From Botryllus schlosseri (lineage: Eukaryota), in assembly GCA_051294905.1 (NCBI GenBank), contig CM119372.1:19098001-19162000 (forward strand): a DNA stretch of 64,000 bases, read 5' to 3'. Under the pieces are notes generated by a model. It worked only from the letters and a program-made list of their open reading frames with translations, was not told the origin of the DNA and did no database searches. The position numbers and the translations under genes are program-made. This document shows, one piece after another, positions 63,220-64,000 of the stretch (the stretch's first letter is position 1; every line of letters begins with the position of its first letter).

Positions 63220-63956
63220 GTATTTATATCTTGATGTTGTGTGAAGGCGGGTCAAGCTCACAGCGGAGAGTGACTACATATTCACAAGCGGAAAGGTGGA
63301 TATTTCTAGCAAACTTTTTCATCAAAGCAAATAAAAAATTTTAGATTGTCAAGGTGCATGCTCGTTTAGTATTGATTTTTGTATGCTGCCAGCGTCATGC
63401 ATGGAGTGGCCCGCAGTTGAAATGCAATAAATTTCAACCAAAGATGGATGTTGTAATGACGTGAAAATTGAGATATATGAAAAAGGTTCACAGTGCAGAA
63501 CATACCAAGGTTCGTGTGTGAACGTGAACCTCTAAATTTCTGAGGTTCACACACAGAACGCGAACGTGAACCTCACGTTCACATCATCCCTACTAATAAT
63601 CTATATCATCTCTGAATCACTTGTAAGCGTTCTATTGACTCGATGTTGGCCGCGTGCAATCGCTAAGCTCAGTTCCCCTATCGCCCGGATACTAGGATGG
63701 GGTTCGTACCTTTGGCCGTCTTGCATCAGTTCGTTCAAATCATGGATCGTAGAGTTGAATACATAGATCGTCTAGCGCAGCCTTGGATTTGATGATGAGT
63801 GGGTTTGGTTCGGTTTATTTAACACATACAACAGTGGTGTTTATCGCCTATTAAGGTCATGTACACCACGACAATGATATCAGTAATGTTCAGGTTCTTT
63901 GCTTTTCCGTATTCTTTCCGGACGACTTCCACACTCGCGCGCTCCCAACTTCAGTG

Positions 63957-63978
63957 TCTCTCTCTCTCTCTCTCTCTC
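63957..63978. repeat. (TC)n microsatellite
   Basis: About 11 TC units. Confidence 0.8.
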
Positions 63979-64000
63979 TTTCATGCATCCTGACTTGTTC

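Larger units (their letters stand above)
59938..63592. mobile_element. Rearranged family D complex: forward truncated copy (~59938-60810) fused to an inverted copy (~60820-63592) that is split by family B copy 3
   Basis: Homology to 31787-32713 in both orientations; terminal GTTCACATCATCCCTA at 63577-63592. Confidence 0.8.

Overview
Eukaryotic (animal) genomic DNA, AT-rich, with many ~56-76 nt introns alternating with introns expanded by transposon insertions; the style suggests an invertebrate chordate such as an ascidian, but that is inference. I reconstructed three genes by hand. (1) The 3' end of a cubilin orthologue (+, 1-20619): 25 exons, nine complete CUB domains, then a stop. (2) An apparently complete TATA-driven 31-exon gene (+, 25074-49454) for a ~1140-aa secreted protein made almost only of EGF-like repeats, one per symmetric phase-1 exon. 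It has a basic/His-rich N-terminal block with extra unpaired cysteines, a Tyr-rich, largely acidic C-terminal block and an RGD loop. (3) An intronless BTB-BACK-BACK gene with no Kelch repeats (-, 57221-58522). Non-coding DNA is dominated by nested hAT-type non-autonomous elements (MITEs) with readable 8-bp target-site duplications (TSDs). It also holds two decayed hAT transposase genes, tRNA-derived SINEs, a ~660-bp near-perfect foldback, and an 87-nt 28S rRNA fragment fused to a transposon end. Most ORFs in the supplied track are exon fragments or noise. All homology statements rest on recalled family features, not database searches.
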